The notes beneath the pieces are model-generated. The model worked only from the letters and a program-made list of their open reading frames with translations, had not been told where the DNA came from and searched no databases. DNA of 64,000 bases from an uncultured Synergistales bacterium. Its GTDB lineage: Bacteria; Synergistota; Synergistia; Synergistales; Aminobacteriaceae. Of this stretch, positions 28,016-39,098 are shown in pieces. Position 1 is the stretch's first letter. Each line of letters starts with the position of its first letter. A program made the translations under genes and the position numbers. The stretch is taken from the NCBI GenBank assembly GCA_905233455.1, contig CAJOES010000014.1, positions 4,500-68,499 of the forward strand, read 5' to 3'.

Positions 28016-28919
28016 GAAACATTCTCCTCAATGCACCAAAAAATTTCGGCTCAGTCATCATTATCCCCAGAACAATAGCTATGCCTCCTGCAGCTTTCAG
28101 CGGCGTGATTATCTCCGGCTCAGTCCCGATGAAGGCGGCAATAATAGGAGAGACTGCCATAGTCATCAGGATTTCTGTAGAGAATATCAGCGCGGCATTA
28201 ACCGGGCTGGTGTATCTCTGCGCATATACCTGAACTATGCCGTAAAGCCCGCGTATGAAGAAACTGACATATATAACGCTTCCCCAGAATTCTGGATTTG
28301 ACGGGAGGGACAATGATACGCCGTACAGAACTGACTCGCCGATCCAGAAGAATAATGCGAAAAGAAAACAGAAGAACATTTGACCCATTGCGATAATTGA
28401 AGGGTTTGATGATGAAGAGTAAACACCTATGCTGACGATATAGAACGCAAATGCAACGTTTGAGACGGATATATATAATGCGCTGATGCTGAAAAGTTCA
28501 GAGGGATTTGCTCCGCTGATGGCAAACAATCCAAGTATTACCGAGATAAAGCCGTATAAAGTGCCTCTGTCCGGAATCTGCCTGTAAAGCAGGAACATAA
28601 CAGCAGATACGAACACGAAATTTGTTGACAGCAAAGCATTCGTCAGGGTAGATCCTGCTTCGGCCACTCCAAGAAGCAGGAATATGTTGAATACTACAAG
28701 TTCAGCAGAGAGAATTATGCTTTGTATTACCTGTTTCACGTCGAGCCTGAATAGTTCGCCGAAGAAAAATACAAGAGTCATGCCAAAACCTAAAAGGTTA
28801 GTGATGCAGAGAAATGCGAAGTGAGAGACTGAATCAGGTATCCAGATCAGAAAAACATACTGAATTGATGCAAAAAATGTAATGAAAAACAGTGAGATAT
28901 TAGCTTCAAGCCTGTTCAT
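28002..28919 (-). CDS. DMT-superfamily (EamA-like) transporter
   Basis: 305 aa with about 10 TM in a two-EamA-repeat layout. Confidence 0.7.
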   Translation of the reverse strand: MNRLEANISLFFITFFASIQYVFLIWIPDSVSHFAFLCITNLLGFGMTLVFFFGELFRLDVKQVIQSIILSAELVVFNIFLLLGVAEAGSTLTNALLSTNFVFVSAVMFLLYRQIPDRGTLYGFISVILGLFAISGANPSELFSISALYISVSNVAFAFYIVSIGVYSSSSNPSIIAMGQMFFCFLFALFFWIGESVLYGVSLSLPSNPEFWGSVIYVSFFIRGLYGIVQVYAQRYTSPVNAALIFSTEILMTMAVSPIIAAFIGTEPEIITPLKAAGGIAIVLGIMMTEPKFFGALRRMFHAED

Positions 28920-28923
28920 ATGG

Positions 28924-29853
28924 TTATGCCTCGCGCAATATAAATTTCTCGATAAGAAATGCAGGTTTGTAGTGATTTTTCGCCGCCCTCAGACTTTCCG
29001 AACCAACGTCTTCCTCAAAGTTTATGTATTTGTACCCTTCACAGCAGAGCCGGGCCAGTTCATGCCGCAAGAACGGGTATATGTTCGGTATATTGTGATT
29101 GCAGTTCTCGTTGATGTCGTTGAAGTATTCATCTGACAGCTTCGCTCCGTAAGCATAGCCCTTGATTTTGCCGTCAATCTTTACGGTGATTCCCGACAGC
29201 CCCAGCACCGCGAAATTATCCAGAGCAATTTGTATTCCATCATCTTCATTCATGACCTGAGCAGCAGCTTCTGCATCGTGAGTGCCGGAAAGTTTTGCTT
29301 CAAGCCATTCACGCTGAAATTCTCTCACTGCGTCAATGTCTGCCGGAGTAATCCTGGCTGCCTCATACCTGCCCTCATAGTCCCGCAAAAATCTCTGATA
29401 GTCCCGGCGTTTGTATGCGAGTTCTGCACCGGCAAAAGTGCTCATGCTGTTTACAGTGTAGATATATTCTGCGTAATCCCTCCTGTATTCAGCCGTGAAC
29501 TGTCCCGGAAACATTGAGCACACAATATCCTTTGCCCCGGCAGTCAGTGTCTCGAACCTGACTTTTGCGCCGTGTTCATGAGCATCATCTATGACATTCC
29601 TTACTGCCTGGCTGACTGCGAAAAGATTATGGCGGTCTCCGTGAGGGAAGAGATATACGCGCTCTGTGTCCGTGCATTTCAGTGAACGCAGGGTGTAGAG
29701 AAAGCCGTCATGCTCGCAGAACATATCGCCGTACTTACTGCGGAGACAAAAAGAGGACACAAAAGAATGCTGGCAGGATCCTTCGCCGTATCTGTACGTG
29801 TAGGAATCTATAAGCCCTTTCATGTCCTGTGTGATGTTCCTGAAGTCAAGCAT
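28924..29853 (-). CDS. DUF2156 (MprF C-terminal / LPG_synthase_C-like, GNAT fold) protein
   Basis: ...RRDYAEYIYTVNSMSTFAGAELAYKRRDYQRF... and ...INFEEDVGSESLRAAKNHYKP... match the DUF2156 signature (DYiY...L.G.k..KR...F; iN.EeD.G...LR.aK.SY.P). I chose the ATG at 29853; a TTG lies at 29862. Confidence 0.65.
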   Translation of the reverse strand: MLDFRNITQDMKGLIDSYTYRYGEGSCQHSFVSSFCLRSKYGDMFCEHDGFLYTLRSLKCTDTERVYLFPHGDRHNLFAVSQAVRNVIDDAHEHGAKVRFETLTAGAKDIVCSMFPGQFTAEYRRDYAEYIYTVNSMSTFAGAELAYKRRDYQRFLRDYEGRYEAARITPADIDAVREFQREWLEAKLSGTHDAEAAAQVMNEDDGIQIALDNFAVLGLSGITVKIDGKIKGYAYGAKLSDEYFNDINENCNHNIPNIYPFLRHELARLCCEGYKYINFEEDVGSESLRAAKNHYKPAFLIEKFILREA

Positions 29854-29986
29854 AACTCTCAATGTTCATATTACCTCCAAGAAATTATTTGCGTTATTAT
29901 ACGATACCTTGAATTATGCCATTACGGGAGCAGGAAAAATCCCCCTGCCGTCATGACAAGGGGATTTGTGTTTTAGTGTTGAATGA

Positions 29987-31099
29987 TTACCTGTGAGACC
30001 TGCGCAATAATGTTACTGCGAATATAAGCCCTAAGAGTCCGAGTCCTGCATTACAGCCGCCGCCTCCGCCTGTACCTGACGGTCTCGCCTGTATTGGTGC
30101 TGTTCTGACTGGTATCATTGCCTGTGTTGCCGTTAGTACCGTTAGCGTTATTGCCTGTATTATTATTGCGGCCGGTGTCATTATTGCCGGATGTACCGCC
30201 GTCATCATAGCCATAATCGTCATCATAAGTATCATCAGCAGAACCATCATTTATAACAACAGTGAATGATTTTGCTGCTGTACCGCTACAGAAAACTTAC
30301 AAAAAGTTATAAAATAACTCTTATGTTCCCTTCCTTGTTCATCGCGTCCGCTTTTGCTGATAAAACTTGCTATTCACGTTTGATATAACGCTCCGAAGGC
30401 TTTAATTCCCGGCTAGCGTACCGGTACATATACAGATTCACGCTTGATTCTCGCATTTGAATCTTGTCGCGAATCCTACACTATGAATACTTGAAACATA
30501 AAAGCTATTTTACTTAATTTATATGAGCCTTCCTTCTTAGGTACTCCCGATAACGTTGGTCTGTTGGTGTTTAGTCCCTTAAACGTAAGGCCAGCGGGAA
30601 GCGTACCTGAATATGTCCATGTGTACGGCTCAGTACCGTTAGAGGCAACTATTGAGCTTGAATATGCCGTGTCAAGTGTGCCGCTGTCGAAATCTTCTAA
30701 TATAACAGGGTCTTGTACGCTAGGATTTTTAGTGATTGTTACTGTAAATGCTTTTGATAAAGTTGAGTTATCCCAAAACGTGCACATGACCGTAAAGTCA
30801 TATACGCCTGCTTTTGTAGGTGTTCCGCTAAGTTCTGCGTATGCTCCCAGTAAGTAACCAGAAGGGACAAGCTTCAGACCGGGAGGAAGTGTCCCGCTTA
30901 CAACTTCCCATTTAGATTCATTGAACTTGCAGTATACGTCTTGAGTACTGCGATAGCTTATACCTACCTGTCCGTCAGGGAAATCACCCTCCAGAGCACC
31001 AACTCTTTGTGCTATTGGAATCATTGCATAAGCATAGCCTGCAGGTATCGCGGACAAGACAAGCACAGAAAATATTAATGCGCATAAAAATTTCCTCAT
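29987..31099 (-). pseudogene. Disrupted He_PIG Ig-like surface protein gene with a Synerg-CTERM-like anchor
   Basis: The 5' part (31099-30476) has a signal peptide and ...SGTLPPGLKL...LSGTPTKAGVYDFTV... repeats, then drifts into nonsense (…KIAFMFQVFIV*). About 220 nt (30296-30518) is non-coding. A 3' fragment in another frame (30295-30051) reads GTAAKSFTVVINDGSADDTYDDDYGYDDGG...NTGETVR.... A third frame (about 30100-29987) gives SGTGGGGGCNAGLGLLGLIFAVTLLRRSHR*. Confidence 0.75.
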
Positions 31100-31171
31100 G
31101 AAAATTCCTCCTTATGCCTATTGACATTTCAGCAATTATACGTTAAGGGGGGTGGGTATCTGTCAAGGAGC

Positions 31172-31206
31172 AAAAAAATATCCCTCCCTGAAAGTCCAGA
31201 GAGGGA
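31172..31206 (-). terminator. Rho-independent terminator after secF
   Basis: Minus strand: TCCCTCTCTG-6 nt loop-CAGGGAGGGA followed by TATTTTTTTG. Confidence 0.8.
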
Positions 31207-31231
31207 ATTTGTATGTGTTACGGAAAAATAT

Positions 31232-32095
31232 TTACTTCTTTTTCTGCCACTCGCAAAGAAGACCTGTAGCAACGAACATAGAACTCCAAGTACCTGCGAT
31301 CATTCCTACGAGCATTGCATAGCTGAAAGCCATTAACACCGGTCCGCCCCATACGCACAGGGCAATAACCGGGAACAGTGTAGTTAGTGTTGTGTTGATC
31401 GTTCTGGCTAATGTCTGGTTGAGGGATTTGTTGATCAGCTTTATGATGCCGTCCTTTGAGAGCGTCCCCCAGTTCTCGCGGACACGGTCAAGAATTATGA
31501 TCGTGTTGTTGAGGGAATAGCCCACTATCGTAAGTATTGCCGCAATGAACGACGACGAAATTTCCATCTGCGCAACGCTGAAGAACCCCAGCGCAATAAT
31601 GACATCATGCACCAGAGGAACGACGCTCACGACCGCAAAACGGAACTGGAAGCGCAGTGTAATGTATACCAGTATCGCGACAAGGGCAATGGATACGCCG
31701 ATAACTGCCTGCCGCCGGAGTTCACCGCCAACTACAGGCCCGACCTTCTCGAAGCCGGTAACTTTCACGTCAGAATATTTCGCCTGCAGTGCCTTCACGA
31801 CGGATTCACGGCTCTCTTCAGTGTCCTCGTTGGTGCGTATGATTATTCCCTTCTCGCCGAAGTTCTGTATCATGGCCTCACGCGCAACAACACCGGAAAT
31901 CACCGAGCGTACTTCAACTATGTCCGGCCTGTCCTCAAACTCAGCCTGAATGACATTGCCGCCCGTAAAATCTATTCCTAGATTCAGGCCGCGGGTCATG
32001 AGCAGGAATATGCTTGCGATAACAAGTACAAGGCTGATACATAATGCGAGTCTGCGATGGCTCATGAAGTCTATGTTGAGGTTAAATTTGCTCAT
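31232..32095 (-). CDS. secF: Protein translocase subunit SecF
   Basis: 287 aa with an SecF-type 6-TM layout. It overlaps the secD stop by 4 nt. Confidence 0.92.
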   Translation of the reverse strand: MSKFNLNIDFMSHRRLALCISLVLVIASIFLLMTRGLNLGIDFTGGNVIQAEFEDRPDIVEVRSVISGVVAREAMIQNFGEKGIIIRTNEDTEESRESVVKALQAKYSDVKVTGFEKVGPVVGGELRRQAVIGVSIALVAILVYITLRFQFRFAVVSVVPLVHDVIIALGFFSVAQMEISSSFIAAILTIVGYSLNNTIIILDRVRENWGTLSKDGIIKLINKSLNQTLARTINTTLTTLFPVIALCVWGGPVLMAFSYAMLVGMIAGTWSSMFVATGLLCEWQKKK

Positions 32096-33480
32096 CTCTT
32101 CTTCACCTCCGCTTTCCCTAAGAACAACTGAAGGATTACGCGGGTAACTACGACGTTAGCGAACACGCTCGCAACAAGACCTACGGAAAGGGTTACGCCG
32201 AAGCCCCTGACTGAGCCTGAACCGAAATAGAACAGCACCAGTGCCGCAATGAGTGTCGTAATGTTGCTGTCGAGAATGGTAACAAGTGCCTTCCTGAAGC
32301 CCGAATCCAATGCCGCCGCCGGAGTCTTTCCTGCGTCGCGTTCCTCCCTGATGCGTTCATAGATGAGAACGTTTCCGTCTACTGCCATTCCCAGCGTGAG
32401 AATTATTCCTGCAATGCCCGGAAGTGTCAGTGTTGCGTTGAATGCGATCAAGCCCGCGAAAATCAGCAGTATAGTAACGATGAGTGCAAAATCTGCCGCG
32501 AGTCCCCTGAACTGATAGTACAGAAGCATGAACACTAACACCATGCCTGCGCCGAAGAGTCCTGCTTCAAGCCCCTGACGCACGGAGTCAGCACCCAGAC
32601 TAGGCCCTACCGAACGGTTCTCTGCTATCTCTACTGCAACGGGCAAAGCTCCTGCCTTGAGCATTATCGCAAGCCTTCCCGCCTCATCAGCCGTGAAACG
32701 TCCGGTGATCTGTGCGCGTCCTCCTGCAATCCTGTCCTGAACTACCGGTGCAGAGATTACGACATTATCCAGAACTATAGCTAACTGCTTGCCGATGAGT
32801 CTTGCTGTAGCTTCCTCGAAGAGCCTTGCGCCCTCCGAATTGAACTCAAGCGATACGCCCATACGGCCAAGACTGTCCGGCTGTACTTCTGCATTCACGA
32901 GGTCTTTTCCCGAAAGCAGTACCGGGCCTAACAGGTAATATCTTCCTGCTTCTTCTGCCGGTGCTACAACTGAGCCGGGATTTGCGGCTATGCGTGCAAT
33001 GAGGTCTGCGCTGGCATTGGCGAGCTGTGCAACTGCCTGATTCCAGCGTTCCTGTGCATTCACGAACTGTATATCGCTGTCGTAATTGCTCCTGATTGGT
33101 GCAGGAGGAGGTGTTGCCCCTGTGCTGTCTATGACCTCTCGGAAGTCCATCTGTGCGGTTCTTCCGATGAGTTCAAGCGCGGCGGCGGGATCCTGTATGC
33201 CAGGAAGGTCTACTATGATTCTGTCAGTCCCGGACTTCTGGATTATGGGTTCAGCAACTCCGTACTGATCTATACGGTTGCGCAGGACTGCAAGAAGCCT
33301 GTCTATGCTGTCATCACGCAGAGGGTTTTCCGGAGTATCTTTTGCCTGAAGAACTATGTGTGCACCGCCCTTAAGGTCAAGGCCAAGATTCAGGCTGTCG
33401 AAGTTGAACCAGCAATAGACACCTGCGGCAATGACTACGATTAGCACGACCCAGAGACGAATTTTATCGGCACGGTTCAT
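32092..33480 (-). CDS. secD: Protein translocase subunit SecD
   Basis: 462 aa. ...LGLDLKGGAHIVLQA... is the SecD signature. The gene sits in yajC-secD-secF order. Confidence 0.92.
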   Translation of the reverse strand: MNRADKIRLWVVLIVVIAAGVYCWFNFDSLNLGLDLKGGAHIVLQAKDTPENPLRDDSIDRLLAVLRNRIDQYGVAEPIIQKSGTDRIIVDLPGIQDPAAALELIGRTAQMDFREVIDSTGATPPPAPIRSNYDSDIQFVNAQERWNQAVAQLANASADLIARIAANPGSVVAPAEEAGRYYLLGPVLLSGKDLVNAEVQPDSLGRMGVSLEFNSEGARLFEEATARLIGKQLAIVLDNVVISAPVVQDRIAGGRAQITGRFTADEAGRLAIMLKAGALPVAVEIAENRSVGPSLGADSVRQGLEAGLFGAGMVLVFMLLYYQFRGLAADFALIVTILLIFAGLIAFNATLTLPGIAGIILTLGMAVDGNVLIYERIREERDAGKTPAAALDSGFRKALVTILDSNITTLIAALVLFYFGSGSVRGFGVTLSVGLVASVFANVVVTRVILQLFLGKAEVKKR

Positions 33481-33863
33481 TAAGATGCTGCCTCCTGGGG
33501 CTTGCCTGCCTGTTTGGTCTGCACGGCTGATTTGAGTATGCGCACTCTTACGCCTTCAGCAAGCTCTATCTGGAACGAATCCTCGCGCACTTCACGGACT
33601 GTGCCGAAGAAGCCTCCGACTGTTATGATCTGGTCTCCCCTCGTGATGCTGTCGATCATGTTCTTCTGCTGTTTGTCGCGTTTCCTCTGGGGACGAATGA
33701 TGAAGAAATAGAAGATTAGTACAAATATCGCTAAAGGGAAAAGCATACCCATTATGCCGCCCTGCTGTGCCGCTGCCCCTGCTTCTGCCGAGCCTCCTGC
33801 ACCGCCTGAACCTGCCGGAGCACTTCCCCCGCACGGCGATACCGCTGTTGTTGTTTCTGCCAT
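33480..33863 (-). CDS. yajC: Preprotein translocase subunit YajC
   Basis: ...MLFPLAIFVLIFYFFIIRPQRKRDKQQKNMIDSITRGDQIITVGGFFGTV... is the YajC core. It has an Ala/Gly-rich N-terminal extension. Confidence 0.88.
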   Translation of the reverse strand: MAETTTAVSPCGGSAPAGSGGAGGSAEAGAAAQQGGIMGMLFPLAIFVLIFYFFIIRPQRKRDKQQKNMIDSITRGDQIITVGGFFGTVREVREDSFQIELAEGVRVRILKSAVQTKQAGKPQEAAS

Positions 33864-33887
33864 ATTGAAAAACTTACCTCCGCAAAA

Positions 33888-34310
33888 TTATTTTTTATGC
33901 CAGGCTACTGCCTCAATCTCCACGCCGACTCCTTTGGGCAGGTCTTTTACTGCCACGAAAGAACGTGCGGGAGCTTCTTTGGGAAAATAGCCCGCATAAA
34001 TTCCGTTAATCTCCGCAAAGTTTCCTATGTCCGCCGCAAATACCGTAGTCTTCACCACGTCAGCAAGCGAATATCCTGCCGCCTCAAGAATAGCCTTCAG
34101 GTTATCCAGAGACTGTTTTGCCTGTGATGATATATCGCCGGGTACATTGCCGGTCTTAGGGTCAACCGGTATCTGCCCTGATACATAGAGGAAATCTCCT
34201 GCCTGCATTGCCTGTGAGTAAGGTCCGATTGCCGCAGGAGCATTTTCTGTGGAGATTACGCGCTTCACCTGTTCCTGTTCGAGGATTGAATCGGGATCTA
34301 CGAATGCCAT
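33888..34310 (-). CDS. ridA: RidA/YjgF-family reactive-intermediate deaminase
   Basis: ...VISTENAPAAIGPYSQA...GQIP...VKTTVF...ARS.V.V..LP.G..VEIE is the RidA pattern. I chose the ATG at 34310; a GTG lies at 34325. Confidence 0.88.
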   Translation of the reverse strand: MAFVDPDSILEQEQVKRVISTENAPAAIGPYSQAMQAGDFLYVSGQIPVDPKTGNVPGDISSQAKQSLDNLKAILEAAGYSLADVVKTTVFAADIGNFAEINGIYAGYFPKEAPARSFVAVKDLPKGVGVEIEAVAWHKK

Positions 34311-34315
34311 AGCTC

Positions 34316-35943
<1,628 letters not shown>

Positions 35944-36011
35944 AATGTCATGCCTCCTCTGTAGTAAAATTATCTGCAACATATTAACACCATCAGGGAG
36001 GATTATTTGTT

Positions 36012-36248
36012 ATGGAACAGGTTTTGACGCGTGAAAAAAAAGTACCGGCAGGATATGAGGATATTGTACTCTATGATGATGACGGCAACAGGGTAACTAA
36101 CCTTGAGACTCTGCAGTCCATCAGGGAAGGACAAGCGATTATTGCGGAGTGGGAAGCCAGAATGGAACGCTACGAACGCGAGGGAGTTTTTGACGGCTGG
36201 GAGGAGGATGAATACATTGACGAATCAAAAAAAGTCGTCGGCAAGTAA
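36012..36248 (+). CDS. Putative antitoxin partner of the YafQ-like toxin (family not recognised)
   Basis: 78-aa acidic protein with a GGGAGG RBS. It overlaps the start of the downstream toxin gene. Confidence 0.45.
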   Translation: MEQVLTREKKVPAGYEDIVLYDDDGNRVTNLETLQSIREGQAIIAEWEARMERYEREGVFDGWEEDEYIDESKKVVGK

Positions 36249-36546
36249 AAGAGTTCCTTTTCCCAGAGAGGTTAGCTTTTCCGACAAATTCATCAAGAAC
36301 TGGGAAAAGATTTCACGTTCAGGGAAGCATGATATGCACGTTCTGAAAGAAGCTATGACGCTGTTGTTCGCCAATGATGCGCCTCTGCCGGCAGAATGGA
36401 AAGATCATCAGCTCAAGGGAGAATTAGAGGATTTCAGGGAGTGCCACGTAAAGGGTGATTTGCTGCTTGTGTACCAGCTGCGCAAGAGATCTTACGGAGA
36501 AATTATAGTGTTTCACCGCTTGGGTAGTCATTCGGAAGTGCTGTAA
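36208..36546 (+). CDS. YafQ-family (RelE/ParE superfamily) toxin
   Basis: ...FSDKFIKNWEKISRSGKHDMHVLKEAMTLL...WKDHQLKGELEDFRECHVKGDLLLVYQL...IVFHRLGSHSEVL matches the YafQ signature (DHxLxGxxxxxRECHxxxDxLLIY...RxGSHSELF). The start is uncertain: ATG at 36208, or TTG at 36217 with better SD spacing. Confidence 0.75.
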   Translation: MNTLTNQKKSSASKRVPFPREVSFSDKFIKNWEKISRSGKHDMHVLKEAMTLLFANDAPLPAEWKDHQLKGELEDFRECHVKGDLLLVYQLRKRSYGEIIVFHRLGSHSEVL

Positions 36547-36560
36547 GGGTAAAACAAAAG

Positions 36561-36587
36561 CTGTCCTCATTGCGGGGGCAGTTTTTT
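36561..36587 (+). terminator. Rho-independent terminator after the toxin gene
   Basis: CTGTCC-9 nt loop-GGGCAG followed by TTTTTTG. Confidence 0.6.
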
Positions 36588-36594
36588 GTTGCCG

Positions 36595-36630
36595 GATAAA
36601 AAGAAAAGAGCCTTCCGTGTGGAAGACTCT
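36595..36630 (-). terminator. Rho-independent terminator after the pilin-like gene
   Basis: Minus strand: AGAGTCTTCC-ACAC-GGAAGGCTCT followed by TTTCTTTTTATCC. Confidence 0.8.
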
Positions 36631-36681
36631 TTATGCGTTGGTTGATTGGCTGTAGGTTTAATCAACTCGTTGACAGCTTAT

Positions 36682-37143
36682 TTACTTTATCGTCATTACA
36701 GCTGTACTAGCTGTTCCTGTCAGTGCCATATCCTTTGAAAACTGCATAAAACCAAGAAGAAGAGGGTCTGTTGCGCTGGCGAAAGTATAAGTTATAGTCC
36801 ATGGTAGGCCTGCATTCTCTATGATCTTCTCATCATCACCACTGCCGGTAGTAGTACTAGTACCTTCAACCTTATACCTGCCTAGCTGTTTTACAGAATC
36901 AGGTGCTACATAGTCATTAGAAATTTTCGTAAAATGGGATGCTGTAGCAGTTTCATCACCGCTTATCATTACATATAACGTTGCCGCAGTCCTCACCATC
37001 TTGAAGCCGCTTACTATCTGTGATACTTTTGCCGCAGTTGTTGCGTTGGTACTGGATAACGTCATCATTGCCGCTAATACTCCGATGATTGCAATAACAA
37101 TCAGTAATTCTACTAACGTGAATCCTTTTCTTGCTTTCTTCAT
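36682..37143 (-). CDS. Type IV pilin / pseudopilin-like protein with a prepilin N-terminal methylation motif
   Basis: MKKARKG|FTLVELLIVIAIIGVLAAMM is a class III signal peptide with an N-methylation site. 153 aa. AAGGAGGA RBS. Confidence 0.85.
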   Translation of the reverse strand: MKKARKGFTLVELLIVIAIIGVLAAMMTLSSTNATTAAKVSQIVSGFKMVRTAATLYVMISGDETATASHFTKISNDYVAPDSVKQLGRYKVEGTSTTTGSGDDEKIIENAGLPWTITYTFASATDPLLLGFMQFSKDMALTGTASTAVMTIK

Positions 37144-37394
37144 TACTTTTTCCTCCTTAAAATGGTAAAATACTCAACGTTTCCTGCCTACAACCGCTCG
37201 CCGATAAGAAAGAAAATGCACACAACTAATTCACGCTCTCGTTGTCAATATGGTATAATTACCTTAGACAAAGAAGTGGTATGAATGTACCTGCTATGTG
37301 CAAGTTCTTTATTTATTCGATAAAATAATTATAGCATAATTCTTTGTCTTTTTGTTATGTCTAAATGCTCAAAAATATTATATAACAACAAAAC

Positions 37395-37422
37395 AAAAAA
37401 CCCTCCGGCCTAAACCAGAGGG
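37395..37422 (-). terminator. Rho-independent terminator after pgm
   Basis: Minus strand: CCCTCTGG-6 nt loop-CCGGAGGG followed by TTTTTTGTTTT. Confidence 0.8.
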
Positions 37423-37445
37423 CTTTTATATTCTCTCTTCAATAC

Positions 37446-39047
37446 TTACGCAATAATCTTCTGTGCTTCCTCCTGAATCTTCTTCAGGTGCTCAGGACTC
37501 ACGAAACTTTCAGCGTACAGCTTGCAGATATTCTCCGTCCCTGAAGGCCTCGCCGCAAACCACCCGTTAGCCGTAGTAACCTTAAGGCCGCCTATTGATG
37601 CGTTATTGCCCGGAGCTTTCGTGAACTTGGCCGTAATCTTGTCCCCTGCAAGCGTATCAGCCTTGATGTCCTCCGGTGCAAGTTTCCCTAAAGCCGCTTT
37701 CTGCTCTGGTGATGCCGGAGTGTCAATACGCGCATAGTAGCTCGTGCCGTATTTCGCCGTGATCTCCGCATAATGTTCCGCAGGATTCTTCCCCGTAGTA
37801 GCAGAAATCTCACACGCAAGCAAGTCCATGATAATGCCGTCCTTGTCGGTAGTCCACACAGAACCGTCCCTGCACAGGAATGACGCTCCAGCAGATTCCT
37901 CGCCGCCGAAGCCCATAGAGCCGTCAAGCAGTCCGTCAACGAACCACTTGAACCCTACAGGAACTTCACATAGTTTGCGCCCGATACCTGCCGTTACGCG
38001 GTCAATGATTGAGCTTGATACTACGGTTTTGCCGACCATTGCATCAGGTCTCCAGCCCTTGCGCGTAGTGAACAGGTGCTGAACTGCTACGGACAAATAT
38101 GCGTTGGGATTCATGAGTCCCTGCGGAGTAACTATGCCGTGCCTGTCGTAATCGGTGTCATTGCCGAACGCTATATCGTACTGATCCTTCAGCTTGATCA
38201 GGTTCGCCATAGCATAAGGTGAAGAACAGTCCATGCGTATTTTTCCGTCATGATCTGGCGGCATGAACGAGAACGTCGGGTCAAGGTTAGGGTTCACCAC
38301 TTCAAGGTTCTTGATTCCGTAAACTTCTGCGATAGGCTCCCAGTAATATATACCGCTTCCGCCTAAAGGATCCGCGCCGATATGAAGCCCGGATTTAGCG
38401 ATTGCCTCCATGTCAACAACTGACGCAAGAGCCTTTACGTATGGCAGAACGTAATCATAGAAGTGTACATTGTCCTGCTTTACGGCCTTCTCGAATGGAA
38501 CGCGCTTTATCGAGGCAGCCTGCCCGGACTTTATGAGCTCGTTTGCACGGTTCTGAATCTTGCTGGTGATCTCAGGGCTTGCAGGGCCTCCCGACGGTGG
38601 GTCATATTTTATGCCTCCGTCAGTAGGAGGGTTGTGTGATGGAGTAATGACCATTCCGTCAGCCTGCTTGTCATGTGTCCTGTTGTGCTCAAGGATTGCG
38701 CGGGACACTACGGGAGTCGGTGTCGGTGCAAAGTTCTCCTGAAGTATCAGCTCTACTCCCTGTGCCGCAAGAACTTCCACGCATGTACGCATTGACGGTT
38801 CTGACAGCGCGTGAGTGTCCGCACCAAGATACAACGGGCCGGTAATGCCTTCTGCCGTGCGGTGCTCAACCACTGCCTGAGCTATAGCCAGTATGTGAGA
38901 CTCGTTGAAGCTGTGAAGTGCCGAGCTTCCGCGATGTCCGGACGTTCCGAACGCTACCTGCTGTGTTTTATCGTCAGGGTTCGGAGCAAGTGTGTAATAG
39001 TCGCTTATCAGTGATGGGATATTCACTATTTTCTTCTTCTCCTGCAT
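37446..39047 (-). CDS. pgm: Phosphoglucomutase (alpha-D-glucose-phosphate specific)
   Basis: 533 aa. ...[10 protein letters not shown]... and the active-site ...[15 protein letters not shown]... are present. Confidence 0.92.
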   Translation of the reverse strand: MQEKKKIVNIPSLISDYYTLAPNPDDKTQQVAFGTSGHRGSSALHSFNESHILAIAQAVVEHRTAEGITGPLYLGADTHALSEPSMRTCVEVLAAQGVELILQENFAPTPTPVVSRAILEHNRTHDKQADGMVITPSHNPPTDGGIKYDPPSGGPASPEITSKIQNRANELIKSGQAASIKRVPFEKAVKQDNVHFYDYVLPYVKALASVVDMEAIAKSGLHIGADPLGGSGIYYWEPIAEVYGIKNLEVVNPNLDPTFSFMPPDHDGKIRMDCSSPYAMANLIKLKDQYDIAFGNDTDYDRHGIVTPQGLMNPNAYLSVAVQHLFTTRKGWRPDAMVGKTVVSSSIIDRVTAGIGRKLCEVPVGFKWFVDGLLDGSMGFGGEESAGASFLCRDGSVWTTDKDGIIMDLLACEISATTGKNPAEHYAEITAKYGTSYYARIDTPASPEQKAALGKLAPEDIKADTLAGDKITAKFTKAPGNNASIGGLKVTTANGWFAARPSGTENICKLYAESFVSPEHLKKIQEEAQKIIA

Positions 39048-39098
39048 ATAATGAACCTCCGTTTTATTTTGTTTTATTTGGGATACGAAAATTATACC

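Noticed and set aside
29987-30250. Met-rich 87-aa ORF (MMVLLMILMMTIMAMM...) as a genuine small membrane protein
   Set aside because: Its N-terminal two-thirds is the wrong-frame reading of an Asp/Tyr/Asn/Gly-rich adhesin linker. Only the last ~30 codons (the Synerg-CTERM-like tail) look genuine. I treat it as part of the disrupted adhesin gene.
31121-31166. TTGACA ... TATAAT pair upstream of the disrupted adhesin gene as its promoter
   Set aside because: On the minus strand the hexamers are separated by 20 nt, which is outside the functional 16-18 nt window. It is not reported as a promoter.
37200-37207. Exact GCCGATAA (sigma-28 -10 consensus) upstream of the pilin-like gene region
   Set aside because: It is on the plus strand and so points away from the pilin gene. 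It also has no TAAA -35 element at the required ~15-nt spacing. It is likely a chance match.
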